DNA of 63,508 nucleotides, counting the filler, from Octopus bimaculoides (lineage: Eukaryota), in the NCBI RefSeq assembly GCF_001194135.2. It is 5 parts of 5 records of this genome, joined end to end, with 100 filler letters (N's around TTAATTAATTAA, not from the genome) between each part and the next. Parts side by side here need not be neighbours in the genome. Positions count along the whole stretch, not along the records: positions 1 to 31,742 come from NC_068989.1; 4 more parts are not named here. One strand, 5' to 3'. This document shows positions 13,340 to 26,621 of this stretch, piece after piece. The translations under genes were made by a program, and so were the position numbers. The notes beneath the pieces are model-generated. The model worked only from the letters and a program-made list of their open reading frames with translations. It made no database searches and was not told the origin of the DNA. Every line of letters starts with the position of its first letter. Position 1 is the first letter of the stretch.

Positions 13340-13510
13340 AGAAAGCACAAATGCTGTCTGTGCCAATACAATGACGCAAGTCAACCAGAAGGTTCATTGC
13401 AGAAAATTGAGACGTTTGTTTTGAGAAAGTACAAATGTTACCTATGCTAATACAATGGCTCAAGTCAACCACATGGTTCATTCCAGAAGCATTGAAACTC
13501 TATTTCTTAG
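13340..13510 (+). repeat. 84-bp tandem duplication (2 diverged units)
   Basis: gaaag(c/t)acaaatg..aatacaatg..caagtcaacca..ggttcatt(g/c)cagaa repeats with an 84-bp offset (13365/13449). Confidence 0.8.
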
Positions 13511-13680
13511 AAGAGTTAGCTATAACTATGGTAGATTATTCTGGTTTCAAAATACTATTACTATACATCTAATAAGCTGACTTGCCAACTTTTGGTATTC
13601 GAGATTGAAAGAGATGGCTGTAACAGCACTTTGAACACACCCTATTAAATACTGCTTGTTTCAGTTGATTAATTTGTAGA

Positions 13681-14118
13681 ATGCAGTGTAGACGATTGGG
13701 AATTCGCTATGCAATACATTTTTATGTTAAACTGTGCAAAAAACGCTACAGAGACTGTGAAATGCTCCAGACCACTTATGGCTTGAATTTTTGCTGGTAC
13801 AAGAGGTCCAAGAAAGGTAGACAGGTGGTGAAAGAGGATGAGAGGTGTGGGACGTAGAGGGACGTCAGAACATCAGAGCTGGTCCAGAAAATTTGCAATT
13901 TTCTGCATGAAATCTGTCGTGGGTCTATAAAGACAATAAGCATACAGTTCGGAGTTAGTGTAGCAACGGTATACACAATTATTCATGAATATCTGAGCAT
14001 ACGCAGAATTCGTATAAAATTTGCTCAAGAAGGAGGTTAGAGTTTAGTACTGCTTTAAAATAAATTATAAACGTCTTGCCTAAAAAATATTGATACCTTC
14101 TGGAATGCACATTGTATG
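13681..14118 (+). mobile_element. Mariner transposase N-terminal relic with 3' TIR-like end
   Basis: Frameshifted MQCR...YVKL..NATET.EMLQTTYG...WYKRSKKGRQVVKEDERCG...VATVYTIIHEYL. Ends in gataccttctggaatgcacattgTA. Confidence 0.8.
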
Positions 14119-14789
14119 TCCTGAACATATTTGATCTGATCTAAATGTTTACTTCAGAACATCATTTCGCATGATTCGTTCGAGTCTAGCGGTCGTTGCA
14201 TGCACTCGGTAGTAAATTTCTACTTATTTTTTACAAGCTTCTTCTTATTTTTTCAGTTTTACATTTTATTGTTGCTGTCAGCTGAAAATGTATGACACAA
14301 TAAGAAGTAAATAGGCATGTAACACGAACTTGATGCAACAGACAACTTGAAGAGTTGAGATACGAGGCCTGCTTGGTCTGTCAAATGATTTATATCAGAA
14401 AGGCTGGTAAAATCGAAACAAAAATTTTCTGGAAATCACCAAAAGATACGCTTAGCAGATTTGACATTTTCCCCAACACGAGTGCATTGCTATATAAAGC
14501 AATATTTGAGTCCCCTTTTACAGATAACCACTTCAGAATTTTATAAAATATTGATGTATCTCGCAGGATTTTAAATGTCAAATACAAGACGAAATTATAA
14601 AATAATACTTCATCAATCACTTATCATGTTACTTAATGATATAAATTAATTACTTTTGTTACTTGCAATTATCTAGTTGCTAATGAGTTTTTATCTTCAC
14701 ATCAAAACATATTAAAATTTCATCTTCGTATTCACACTTTTGACCAGAAGCGTATATCCATCCATCCATCCATCCATCCATCCATCCAT

Positions 14790-14832
<43 letters not shown>

Positions 14833-15644
14833 CTCAGTTAGCTAGCTATTTATTTCATTTCTCCCGGCACACATGCACACATATTTATTTATTTATGCAT
14901 ACAATCATGTATATACAAATACACAAATGCATATGCAAGTACATATATATCTGTCTGTCTGTCTGTCTCTGGTTCTGTAATACATATACGTATAACTATG
15001 TATATGTGTGTGTGCGTGTGTGAGCTTGTGTTACTAATATATATTTTTTTTAATGTTGAATTATGTGTGCATGTTTGTGTGTGCGTGAGAAAATGAGGCA
15101 GATATATCAAGATAAAGTTATAGATCTATGCTATGCTGAGCATTGATGCAAAATGCAACATAAATAATGCATACACATAGTGAAAAGTCTGACTCTGGCT
15201 TTAGATTATTGGACGTGCAGTCTTTTTATATGTATTGTGACATTTTATGACTCTCTCGATTCATATTCATATGTAAAGCATATGAGAGAAAATGTGAGTG
15301 AACGTATTAAGTTTAAAATGATAAATATTTTATTTTAGAAAAACAAAATCATCCTTTATCGTCAGTTTTATCACAGCACACATATAAACTTGTACGCCAA
15401 TCCACGTTTATGGGCCATCAGTGAATTTATGATTAATGCTTTTAATAATTTATGGCTAAAAAAAATCATAGAACAGAATATTGATTTGCATAAAGATAAA
15501 TGCCATATATTTTAAGAAGAGTAGAAATGAGATGTTGTGACTTCATTCTGTACCAAAGGGTATCAATCATGTAGTGAAGTGAGCTGAAGAGCGAGTCGCA
15601 GTTTCTCATTTTTATATGTTATATCACCATTTGATTATCAATAG

Positions 15645-15713
15645 TGTTGATGGGTATATGTTTATGAAGGACTACTTCACTGGTAACATTGACAAGGGAG
15701 TGTCTGTAATTCG
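15645..15713 (+). CDS. Candidate internal coding exon, 69 nt, phase 2-2 (VDGYMFMKDYFTGNIDKGVSVIR)
   Basis: atcaatag| acceptor, cg|gtgagg donor, length divisible by 3, only one frame open, non-repetitive. Protein not recognised. Confidence 0.45.
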
Positions 15714-15862
15714 GTGAGGGATATATTAAGGAGCATGCTCAAACAATATAGGAGTTTAGGAGACAACAGTTTCATTTCTCTCTCTAATTTGAACATCATT
15801 CCCTGCTGACATACATCGATGTAAGATGTACTCACACACACACATACGCACACACACACATG

Positions 15863-15919
<57 letters not shown>

Positions 15920-16774
15920 TAATACAGAGAAACACATGCATATATACCATTTATTATATCTACGTACACATAATCATGACAGGCTTCTAAAGGTTTACTT
16001 CTACCAAATTTCATTTCTAAAGCACAAGTCAAACCTAGGCTATAGTACGTAACATTTGTCCAAGGTTGAGAGGAGTGGGATGGAAAGCAAGACATTGAGG
16101 TTGAGAATCAAATTACTTATCCCACACGTCCATGACTCATCTATCACTTTACAATTTTCGACTGATGCTGTTTTATATTTACTCAGTAAATTTTCTCGAG
16201 GAATGCATAAAAAAAATCTTTTCGTTTTATTTCCCTTCTTGCATGAACTCTTAAAAAAATCGTATCAGAAATCTATTGCTTTAATACAATTTTCATGAGA
16301 ACATTCGATATAATTTTAAATCCTTTTAATGGGGAAAATTTCTTAGTTTTCTAACATGTTTCCTTATAAATAGTTTTTTGATTTAAGGATGGCAAACATT
16401 AAAAATAATTTCTTTTAGCTCTAATGATCAAGTGTGGAGCAGTTGTGTTTAATATAAGAATAAGAAAAAAATAGCCAGGACATCAAATTTTGTGGGGAGC
16501 ATATAGTCGTTCATGATCGATTCCATTACTTGATTGATATTTGTATTATCGACCCTGAAAACTCGATTCTTGCGTAAGTACAGAGACCGTTCAATATAGA
16601 TACTTCCCTCGTTCCTATACACATTGTGCCTATGAAGAGATTTTCTATCAGACAAAAATCACATCATGTCTGTGAAAAGTGCATATACATTTCATATGAT
16701 ACACAGATGACGATTATATATATCATATATAATTGCTGTTTCAACCGCGCTCACTGTGCTTTTTTACAACCCAG

Positions 16775-16851
16775 CAAGCTTTCCACAATATCAGTGAATA
16801 TAGTATGGAATCTTGCCTATACATCGAAGATCGAACACAGATTTCACCTAT
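16775..16851 (+). CDS. Candidate internal exon, 77 nt
   Basis: gctttttttacaacccag-type acceptor and strong ctat|gtaagt donor. Two frames are open; the phase-2 frame (KLSTISVNIVWNLAYTSKIEHRFHL) joins the 15645 exon in frame. Confidence 0.35.
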
Positions 16852-17390
16852 GTAAGTGACAAATAAGCCTCAAGTACGATGAAAGGCGTTCTCGTGAGCA
16901 CTGTAGCGACGATGTTTCCTTCGTGCTGATGTATGTCGTGTTTTTATCACAACACTTCTTCTATGAAGAAATTTCCTCTTTGGTAAAAACCATAGCATCA
17001 TGGTTTTCAGGTTTACATATACGTTAATTTTGGTGCATGTATCGCTATATATATATATATATATATTTCATGCTGTTTAAACTGCGCATACTGAGTATTA
17101 TTCAGCCCAGCACGCTTTCCGTAATATTGATGAACATATTATTCAGAATTCGTTATGTATCGAAGGGGAGGAATTTAGCCTATGGATGGGATGATGAGTA
17201 AATGTCGTTGGCAATGTCCAAGAAGGCCGAAACGCGTCTGACGTGTTCGTGAGTCACTGTCCGATATATATTATGTGCTTGTAACACAGCACGTCTACGA
17301 AGAGATTGTTTCTCAAACAAAAACCGCGGCATCATGTCTTTCAGTAGTGTATTTGTTTTAAGTATAATACTCAAATGGCTATTATATTGG

Positions 17391-17556
17391 TTTCAAATTT
17401 TGGGATAGGGCCAGCAGTTTCTGAGGGGAGAGAGTATATCAATTACATCGACCCCCTTACAGAACTTGTACTTATCTTATCAACCCCGAAAGAATGAAAA
17501 ACAAAGTTGATTAAGCATTTTGACCAGTGTGCTAACATTTCCGCCCGCTCGCCGCT
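17391..17556 (-). mobile_element. tRNA-derived SINE (type B), internally deleted
   Basis: Shares the tacttat..atc(g/a)accccgaaag.atgaaa domain and ends in ccgcccgctcgccgc (reverse of the head). Confidence 0.8.
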
Positions 17557-18109
17557 ATTATAATGGAAGATAATTTATTTGAAGAACATTCTGATATTTG
17601 CCATAGATTTAGATGAAGAGACTAAGTCGTCATCAATATTTTACCAATATTTGATGAATTTATAGAAATTATGCTGAATTGCATGTATATTGTTCAGATT
17701 TGTTTCGCTTAGTTTTTGCCTACACTGAGATAAATTATCATAAAATTTTTCCGTTGAAAATAACACAGAATCTCAGATGTTTTGACAAGAAGTAAAACGT
17801 AAAATTATCATTAAAATGAGAAACATTAATAAAAATATCGACAGCCTATCATATCTTTATTCTAATTACCAGCTCCATCGGTTTAAATAAACTTTAATAA
17901 ATTGAATCTGAAAAGCAAATAAATATATTTTATTGAGTATATAGAATGTTTGATGTTTATTTCGAAATGTTAGTTGTCAGCTTAACGTGACAAACTTAAA
18001 TGCTGTGGGAATTAAATTTTGTTAGTTTGAATGCTATTTCATTAACCTGACGTATTATTCACTGTATCATTTAACATTCATTTACGTGTTGTATATGAAG
18101 CAATGACTT

Positions 18110-18158
<49 letters not shown>

Positions 18159-18194
18159 CGTATGCATGTATGTATGTATGTTTGTATGTATATT

Positions 18195-18620
18195 TTCCTT
18201 TTTACCTTTTGTTGGAATCATTGGATTGCTTCCAATGCTGGAGTAATGCGGCCAGAAGAAATCAATCCTACTACTTACTTTATCGGAGTCTTTAGCCGAA
18301 CCGCTACTTAATGGGGATGTTAACAGACCAACTCCGGTTGTTGAGCAGCTTAGCGTGGAGGGGTACAAACAGACACAGACACCCGTAAACATACACAGAC
18401 ACCCGTAAACATACACAGACATCCGCAAACATACACTAACACTCACATACGCGCGCGCGCGCACACACCTATATGTACGACGTGCTTTCGCACAGATACG
18501 GTCTACCAAATTCACTCACAAGGTATCCATCGATCAGGAGCTAGAAGAAGACACTCAAGTTGCAGCAGAACAGAAGTGAACCACAAACAAACGTGGTTGC
18601 AAAGCGAGTTTCTTAACGAC
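18195..18620 (-). mobile_element. Diverged type A SINE with internal 20-bp tandem repeat
   Basis: gccgaaccgcta...ctaccaaattcactcacaagg...agaagacact motifs. The unit acagacacccgtaaacatac occurs 2-3 times. Confidence 0.7.
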
Positions 18621-18814
18621 AACGTTAACTTGTTTGCGTGCCTATATATATATATATATATNNNNNNNNNNNNNNNNNNNNNNNNNNNNNNNNNNNNNNN
18701 NNNNNNNNNNNNNNNNNNNNNNNNNNNNNNNNNNNNNNNNNNNNNNNNNNNNNNNNNNNNNTGTGTGTATATATGCGTGCGTGTGTGTATGTATGCGCTT
18801 GTGCTTGTGTATGC

Positions 18815-18847
<33 letters not shown>

Positions 18848-19845
18848 CGTGTGTGCGTGTTTTAGTGTAAGTGTGTATTCTTCCTTGAACTACTTCATCA
18901 CATGATTTCAAGTACGGATTAAAAATCAAGCAAGAAATAAATTATTGATAAAGTGTAAATTATAATTTTTTTTTATAACTGTTAAGGATGTTTGTGTTTT
19001 ACCAACGAAAACTAGGAAATAAAGAAAAAATATTTTGTAAATCTTATTTTATCTTCATTTCTGTGGAGGTAATTCAATTTCGCAGTCCTGTAATCACATC
19101 AACGTTCCTTAATCATTAATAGCGCTTTTATTTGAATGTGTGTGAGGGTGGGTGTTGGGAGGAACCCACACAAATCAACAGAACATCAACAACGAGTAGT
19201 ATTTCCTACCTATATATTTATGTCAGATACTGCTTTGCTTACGAATTACTACGTGCGATTGAGCACTGAAATTTGAAAAGATTTCAAAGGCATTGTTTTC
19301 CAGTCAGCGTTAACTTTGAATGAAATATTTAGGACAAAACCTAATTACTTTCGTGTTACACATTACTCTTTATTGTTCTCCCTTAAAAAAAAGAGAGATC
19401 TAGATTCTCTTTGTTATCTTTTCGAGACAAAATATATTTTTTTCCCAATGAATTGTTCCGCCTTTTAAAGTATACAGCAAATCTTTATACTTTTGAATCT
19501 GGGTTGATGTCTTGTTTTNNNNNNNNNNNNNNNNNNNNNNNNNNNNNNNNNNNNNNNNNNNNNNNNNNNNNNNNNNNNNNNNNNNNNNNNNNNNNNNNNN
19601 NNNNNNNNNNNNNNNNNNNNNNNNNNNNNNNNNNNNNNNNNNNNNNNNNNNNNNNNNNNNNNNNNNNNNNNNNNNNNNNNNNNNNNNNNNNNNNNNNNNN
19701 NNNNNNNNNNNNNNNNNNNNNNNNNNNNNNNNNNNNNNNNNNNNNNNNNNNNNNNNNNNNNNNNNNNNNNNNNNNNNNNNNNNNNNNNNNNNNNNNNNNN
19801 NNNNNNNNNNNNNNNNNNNNNNNNNNNNNNNNNNNNNNNNNNNNN

Positions 19846-19886
<41 letters not shown>

Positions 19887-20419
19887 TAAATATTTGAAGT
19901 CTATAAAGTTGAATTTTCTGCCTTGTTCACCATAGCTGATTTATAGGAATTATCGAATAATTAATTAAAAAAATCATTTTAATATCGACTGAAACCATAA
20001 CGCAATGTTGTAGTAAGATTTAAATGAATAAATTACAAAGCTTCTGTGCTGTATAAGCAGAAATAGGTAATAAATATGTAGATTACAGCCATGAAAAGCA
20101 GTAATTATTTCGAAAATATACTCATCAACGAAAATAATGTCTTTTTTTTTCCCTTGTCTTAAGACCTCGCATCGATAATTTCCAAGTTTAGAGAAAGTGG
20201 GTTTTATTTTAGAACTTTAATAAAGTAATTTTAAAAGTTATTGAGATTTAATCTATAATAATATTCTGTTACGGTCTACGTATGCCGTGCTTAGCTATGG
20301 AGCGTAATCGAAAGCCCAATCTATTATACACACATACAAATACATGCGTTTGTATGTGTGTATCCATATGTATGTAATGTAGTTATATAACGATTGTATA
20401 TATACTTATTTATATATAT

Positions 20420-20560
20420 GTCTCCTGTTTCCGAAGAAGAGCTTTGCTCGAAACGTATAACAATCACTCTTTCTTTCCTGCTCTGAGCGTCTTATTAATA
20501 CTTTGCATGTATCATGTACTGGCATTGTTGTTTTTTCTCGTCTTTTTCTTTTTTTATTAT
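20420..20560 (+). mobile_element. Short hammerhead-bearing element, subfamily alpha, copy 1
   Basis: Homologous to 51110-51290 (gaagaagagcttt.ctcgaaacgta..aca...ga.cgtcttattaatactt), embedded in TA-rich repeats. Confidence 0.75.
20426..20462 (+). ncRNA. Minimal type-I hammerhead-like motif
   Basis: UGUUU-CCGAAGA-A-GAGC-UUU-GCUC-GAA-ACGU-A-UAACA. Stems I, II and palindromic III are present; U4 is replaced by C. Confidence 0.6.
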
Positions 20561-20899
20561 TATTATGCATGTATGTATATATGTACATATATATGTATAT
20601 GTATATATGTACATATTTATATGTATATGTGTTTGTCTACCTATATGTTTGTGTATGTGTTTATTACACTTTAAGAAAGGAACGGTAGACAGTGACTTCG
20701 AAGTTAGGGCTTTCTTGGCTTCATCGATATGGGAAGCTAGTTGAAATGTAAGAAACTCTCAGTTTCTCGTAACTATATACTGTGTACATTAAACTCCGGA
20801 TGGAACAATTTTCAGTGATCTTTCCTTAACGGAAAAGTAAACTATACTTGGATATATATAAACATACATCTATATATATACATACATATATAGATATAC

Positions 20900-20952
<53 letters not shown>

Positions 20953-21454
20953 CATATATATATANNNNNNNNNNNNNNNNNNNNNNNNNNNNNNNNNNNN
21001 NNNNNNNNNNNNNNNNNNNNNNNNNNNNNNNNNNNNNNNNNNNNNNNNNNNNNNNNNNNNNNNNNNNNNNNNNNNNNNNNNNNNNNNNNNNNNNNNNNNN
21101 NNNNNNNNNNNNNNNNNNNNNNNNNNNNNNNNNNNNNNNNNNNNNNNNNNNNNNNNNNNNNNNNNNNNNNNNNNNNNNNNNNNNNNNNNNNNNNNNNNNN
21201 NNNNNNNNNNNNNNNNNNNNNNNNNNNNNNNNNNNNNNNNNNNNNNNNNNNNNNNNNNNNNNNNNNNNNNNNNNNNNTGCAATGTCACATTTAATTAAAA
21301 AAATATTCACTTTTCGGTGAATTATCAAATATTTGTATAATATTGAAAATAATTTCAGTGCTGTATCTATGATAGTTTTTGATTTCGTCTATAGTTAATC
21401 AGTCATTTGTCTCATGAATATTATAAATGGATTCGAATCCATTGCCTTTTGTCG

Positions 21455-22330
21455 TGCTGTTTGTCAGGATCGTTACCACACTCACCCCCGAAATGCCGTT
21501 AACCAACGCGACCGACACTCTATAAATATAGTTCTAGCAGCACGTGATGCCAGTTATCTGTCAGCCTATAGTGGTCTGTCCCTTGACTGTCTGGCAACCA
21601 AACAATTGCGATCAAGACTACCACTCCACGGTGATGAGCGCACACGTAAGTAGTTGCTCAATGCTTCAGTGTGCACGTGTGTAAGCTATGTAAATGCTAG
21701 TGCAAATCTACTGCTAATAAGTTCAGGCTGTATTATCACTCTTGTAATCCCATTGGAGGAAATCTTCCTAGTGACGATGCACTCAAGGATGTTATTTATT
21801 AATAAAAGAAGTTTCAAGGCTGCCGGTTTCTTTTCAAAACTGGAGTTTGTTGGTCTGGATGACAAGCGTTCGTACCAGATTGCAATTTTCCTTTTGAAGA
21901 GAGCAAGTTCATCCTCAAGATACAACAGTTATCAGGATTATCCTTATTATTTCAACCTTAAGCTTGGGTCCAGTCGCACGTTACGCAGAGGAATGGAAGA
22001 TGTCTCAATACTAGATATCAATGACCGATTTCTTTTCCCACCAGTGATTTCAGAAATCCTCGGTTTTCTCAGCCGTCTACAACTTTTGACCGGATGTGAC
22101 TCGAGAGTAAGTAGCTAGACAGCTAGCTCTCCTGCGGTCTGATTGACGGATTGACCTGACTAACTGATTGACGGACTGACTGACTGACTGACTAACTGAC
22201 TGTGGCTGACTAAACACTAACTGGCCAGCTAACTTACACATTTATTAATAGGCACCTATAACGACGTTGTGGTAATTCCCATTTCCTACCGCACGCAAGC
22301 GACTCTCTGAGTACAAGCCCCTTCATTATT
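21455..22330. mobile_element. Unclassified GC-richer element relic with degenerate ORF
   Basis: Begins tgtcaggatc with a tataaata box and ends in (TGAC)n tracts. Overlapping 154-aa (+) and 79-aa (-) ORFs; family not recognised. Confidence 0.35.
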
Positions 22331-22979
22331 GAAGTAAATCGAAATAAAGACATTGTTAGTGCATCGACTATGACCTACATTCATAAGGAAGACCAATCTC
22401 TACAATACAACATAAAAGAACTAGCAGCGCTCTAGCAGTGACATTGCTTCTTAGAGCTGTGAGTCATATCAACTTCAATTGCTGACTGAGAGGGGAATAG
22501 AGTAAACTGCATGAATGATTGAACTTTAGTCATAGTTATTGAACAACTCTACTGTGTATTTTTCATATAGCATAATTATGAAAAGTTCGTCACACTATCA
22601 CATGAAACAAGTATAAAAGATAAGCAAATATCGAGAAATTTTACCAACAGTGTATCAACATATTCAAATATTCAATTACATCAATAATATAAATAATGGA
22701 AACGGAACAGTTGGAGAATAATGAAATATATTTAACAGTACGATGCCAGTATAATATAAGAATTACATTCAAAAGGACTGTACAGCAGACAAGAAGACTC
22801 ATTAATAATCAAAACATAAATGGGTAATCCACTTCCTAGATTGATTTTGCCTACATTTATTTTCCGACAATAATACATACATAGATACATATTTAATACA
22901 TACATACATACTTAATACATACATACATACACACACATGCAAATGCATACGAACTACGAAAGGAGTAGTGTGTAAATGC

Positions 22980-24290
22980 GTCTCCCCAAAATGTATAACA
23001 TCACCACCCCCTGATGGTTATTATGAAACTGACGAATGGAAAATCACCTGAAAGAGATCTGATCGTAGGCTAATGGTACACAAAGTAGAAGTTCTGCAGG
23101 GAAATTTTCACGACCCAGCTTCAAAAATAAATGGACAGTGAGATAGATACATCAGTTTGGCAGACAGTTGCAAGGACTACTTTTGTCTTCTAGAACAAAG
23201 AGATCCACTTGGCAAAAAACTACAAATCCATAGCATGTTTGAATGTTATGCACAGACTGTACATAGGTTGTTTAAATATGTTTCAAAGACCACTGCCAAA
23301 CAAACAGTGTGACAACAAATGAAGAGACAAGAGGAAAGAAAGGAGACGGGGACTGTACTCAACAGTTCATGTACAAAGCAGTCCTTAAGGAAGCCAAGCA
23401 GCATCACCATAACCTCTTAACAATATGGCTAAGCTACAAGATGTTCGACTCTATCCCTTACTCAGGGATGCTAGAATCCCGATACCTTACCAAACTACCA
23501 ACTGCTACAGTTAATGCTGTTGAAAGACCGATCACAACATGGTCTTCAGAGTTATCACTGACAACAACTAAAGCAACAGCTTTATTACAAACAGAATTAG
23601 ATTATCAACTGGCATATTCCAGGATGGTAATTGATCCGTAATGTCTGTACTGACAGCGAACTCCTTGTCAGCCCTGTTAACGTCAAGAAACAATTAGAAC
23701 TTGTCACAACATTCTCGCGGGACGTAGGAATGACACTGGGGCAAAATAAATGCTCATAGATCAACCGAGGAAGGATTGTTAACCAGAAAGAGAACATATG
23801 CATCAATAGGCTTGCTAACTCTCATATCTCTAACGAGGAAAACTATAAGTATCTCGGATTTGATAAGGATGTTGCATATGTTGGTGCTGAAAGTAGAACT
23901 AGAATAGCAAAAGAGTGCTTCTGAAGACTCCATAAAATATAGAACACAGAGCTATATGAATTTAACAAGGCCATGTCTCGCAACACTCTTGCAGTGCCAG
24001 TACTAACATTTGGGATATTGGACTAGATATATGACGAAATTCGCCGCCTGAACATCAAAACTAACGTTAGCTTCTACATCAACAGCGACACCAATATGTG
24101 AGACGAAGCGATGGTGGGAGAGGCATGAAGTCAGTCAGTCCAAACAGCTTTTGAATGTCGCATTGTATCACACAGACAACACCTGCTGAACAGTAAGGAA
24201 AGATACGAGTTCATTACACGCATACTCAAAAGTGAAAGCAACATCTCCAGATTAGGGGAAGAATCTGAGAACCTCCTGGGCAGGTAGTCT
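22980..24290 (+). mobile_element. R4/Dong-clade non-LTR retrotransposon RT fragment (pseudogenised)
   Basis: Frameshifted motifs: WKSP..DLIVG.WY, KNYKSIACLNVM, NEETRGKKG...QQ...KAVLKEAK, IWLSYK.FDSIP, YQTGIFQ, YKYLG, NTLAVPVLTFG. Confidence 0.9.
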
Positions 24291-24474
24291 GAGAGCAGAA
24301 CCGTCTAATGTGATCAAAAAGTGGGATATAACGGGATATAACTACTAAATACCAGATAAACAAGAACATGATAAGTCATTTTAAAGTTAACTTTTTGGGT
24401 ATTACACCCTTTTAAAGTAGATATTTAAAGTAGGTAGTTATTGTCAGGTATAGACGGTTAGACAGCTTGTCAGG

Positions 24475-24513
<39 letters not shown>

Positions 24514-24532
24514 TCACTCACACACACAAATA

Positions 24533-24755
24533 CAGGGATGTGTGTGCAAAAGTAGGTATACAGTAAGTGTCACATGAATATTATAATACTTAATTCATTA
24601 AAATTATTTGCACATTAAATTAGTTAGCTTCATTTTTGATATTTTCAGTGTCATTAATCATAATAATACATTTATCGTAACTTTACATTAAAAAAAATAT
24701 GTATTGCACGTGTTTTCTTTTTTCGTAAATGTATACCTACTTTTGTACCACCCTG
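24533..24755. mobile_element. Tc1/mariner-type MITE, 223 bp
   Basis: TA|CAGGG...GCAAAAGTAGGTATACA at the left end and TGTATACCTACTTTTGTACCACCCTG|TA at the right: about 26-bp TIRs, TA target duplication, AT-rich interior. Confidence 0.9.
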
Positions 24756-25379
24756 TACATATGCAAATGCATATATGTAAATTTCATGAAATATATTATG
24801 ATATAATATGTTATATTATATTATATTATATTATATTATATATTACGTTATAGCTGAATTCATAAGTGATATAAATATCAAGTCAGAAAATCGAAAAGCA
24901 ACAAGAAAGAGAAGCTAAACTTATTATTCACACATATACAAAAAGAGAAACAAAGAAATAACATCACGTAGCGAGGAAATCTAAAGATTTGTAGAAGGCA
25001 TATGTAGCTATTGTCAGAATGAATCACCTTTAGTATGCTATATTGTTTTAAGTGAACAAAATATCACTTGAATCCAAAATGCGGTAGAGGATTAGAAGAA
25101 AACAAGGACTACAAAAAAAAAAAAAAAAAAAAAAAATTATGGAATATATTTCCAAAACAACAGGCAATTCTTAACGGATTCAAAAGCTGTCTGGAAGAGG
25201 AAGCATTGAAGAAACAGAATTTCCAAAATCAAACAAAAATATTGATGGAAAATATGATTATGTGGAACCAGAGACCATAAATTGTGCCTTCGTGAATCAT
25301 AGTCCAATCATATTCCGTAATGTCCATAAATATCGACAAATCAAAAGCAATCCTCAAGGTTATATTGATTTCTATCATT

Positions 25380-25575
25380 AGTACATGGCCGCAAATTTGG
25401 TGGGAGGGCATAGCGATTAAATCGATTCTAGATTTTGACTGATAATTATTTTATCGACACGAGAAGGATGAAAGATAGTGTTAACCACCGTGGCATTTGA
25501 ACTCATGAAGTAAAGAGACAGACTAAATACCACAAGACATTTAGATCGTAGCTCTACGGCTTCAGCCACCCCACC
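25380..25575 (-). mobile_element. Old type B SINE
   Basis: tttatcgacacgagaaggatgaaag...atttgaactc domain. Confidence 0.7.
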
Positions 25576-25769
25576 ACTATTTTCCTCAAATTATTCTGAA
25601 ATGAATGAAAGGGGCAGTTTTTATATGCGTTTGGATATTTCTCAAATAAATTTGGTAAAATGATCGAATGCGTAGAACTGGAAAGAAGATTTTTTAAATC
25701 TTTGCGAATGAAAATATAAAAGATTTCTATCATTAATGGATTGGATTCATATCATTATTTTGAGAATGG

Positions 25770-25965
25770 TGATGGATTGGCAGAAACATAAGGAAAATTC
25801 CTTGTAGTATATGTCTCAGTTCGTTACGTTCTATGTTCAAATCTCATCGATGTTGAATGTGTTCTTATCTTTTCAGGCGCGATAACAAAAAACTTAGTAC
25901 CGGGATCGATACAAGTAGTCGTCTGCTACAAAATTGCTGATCTTGTTCTTAAATTCGAAACAATT
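25770..25965 (+). mobile_element. Old type B SINE
   Basis: gttacgttctatgttcaaatc B box, then ...agtacc...aaattgctgatcttgttcttaaattcgaaac tail. Confidence 0.6.
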
Positions 25966-26281
25966 ATTTTGGAAATAAGTCTCGAAAACCCAAACTCATA
26001 TGAAATAAGGGACAGAATCTTCCAACTGCCTTGTGATGATACCAAGTAAAATCCCGAAGCTACAATTTATATTAGACATTTTTCACACATATACATAAAT
26101 CTTCATATAGATATATACTATGTATGTATGTCATAATTCAGTTTTATTTCAATATTTCTTCCCAATAGAGAAGAGAACCGATTTCTAACCTAGATCCAAG
26201 ACTCCTTGATTGGAATTTCAACAACATCGAAAGGGTAATTTTGTATGTATGTATGTATGTATGTATGTATGAATGTATGTA

Positions 26282-26312
<31 letters not shown>

Positions 26313-26411
26313 ATGTATGTATGTATGTATATGTGTAGATTTGTATGCTTTGTTTTATGTATGTCTTCTCATGCATATTCTTGCATATCTAGACATGCTC
26401 ATATATATTCT

Positions 26412-26620
26412 TTTCTTCTCTAGGCACAAGTCCCGAAATTTTTGAGTGGGGGTGCTGTTGATTAGATCGACCCTGTACGCAACTGGTACTTAGTTTATCG
26501 ACGCCGAAAGGATGAAAGCCGAAGTCAACCTCGGCGGAATTTGAACTCAGAACGTAAAGGCAGACGAAATACTGCTAAGCATTTCGCCCGGCGTGCTAAC
26601 GTTTCTGCCAGCTCGCTGCC
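26412..26620 (-). mobile_element. Type B SINE, full length
   Basis: Close match to the 44585 copy in reverse orientation. Confidence 0.92.
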
Positions 26621-26621
26621 A

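Noticed and set aside
25150-25330. Weak mariner C-terminus-like text (IQKLSGR...IDGKYDYVE)
   Set aside because: Too short and degenerate, with no TIR found.
25877-26050. Good acceptor followed by a 57-codon open frame
   Set aside because: It lies largely within an old type B SINE.
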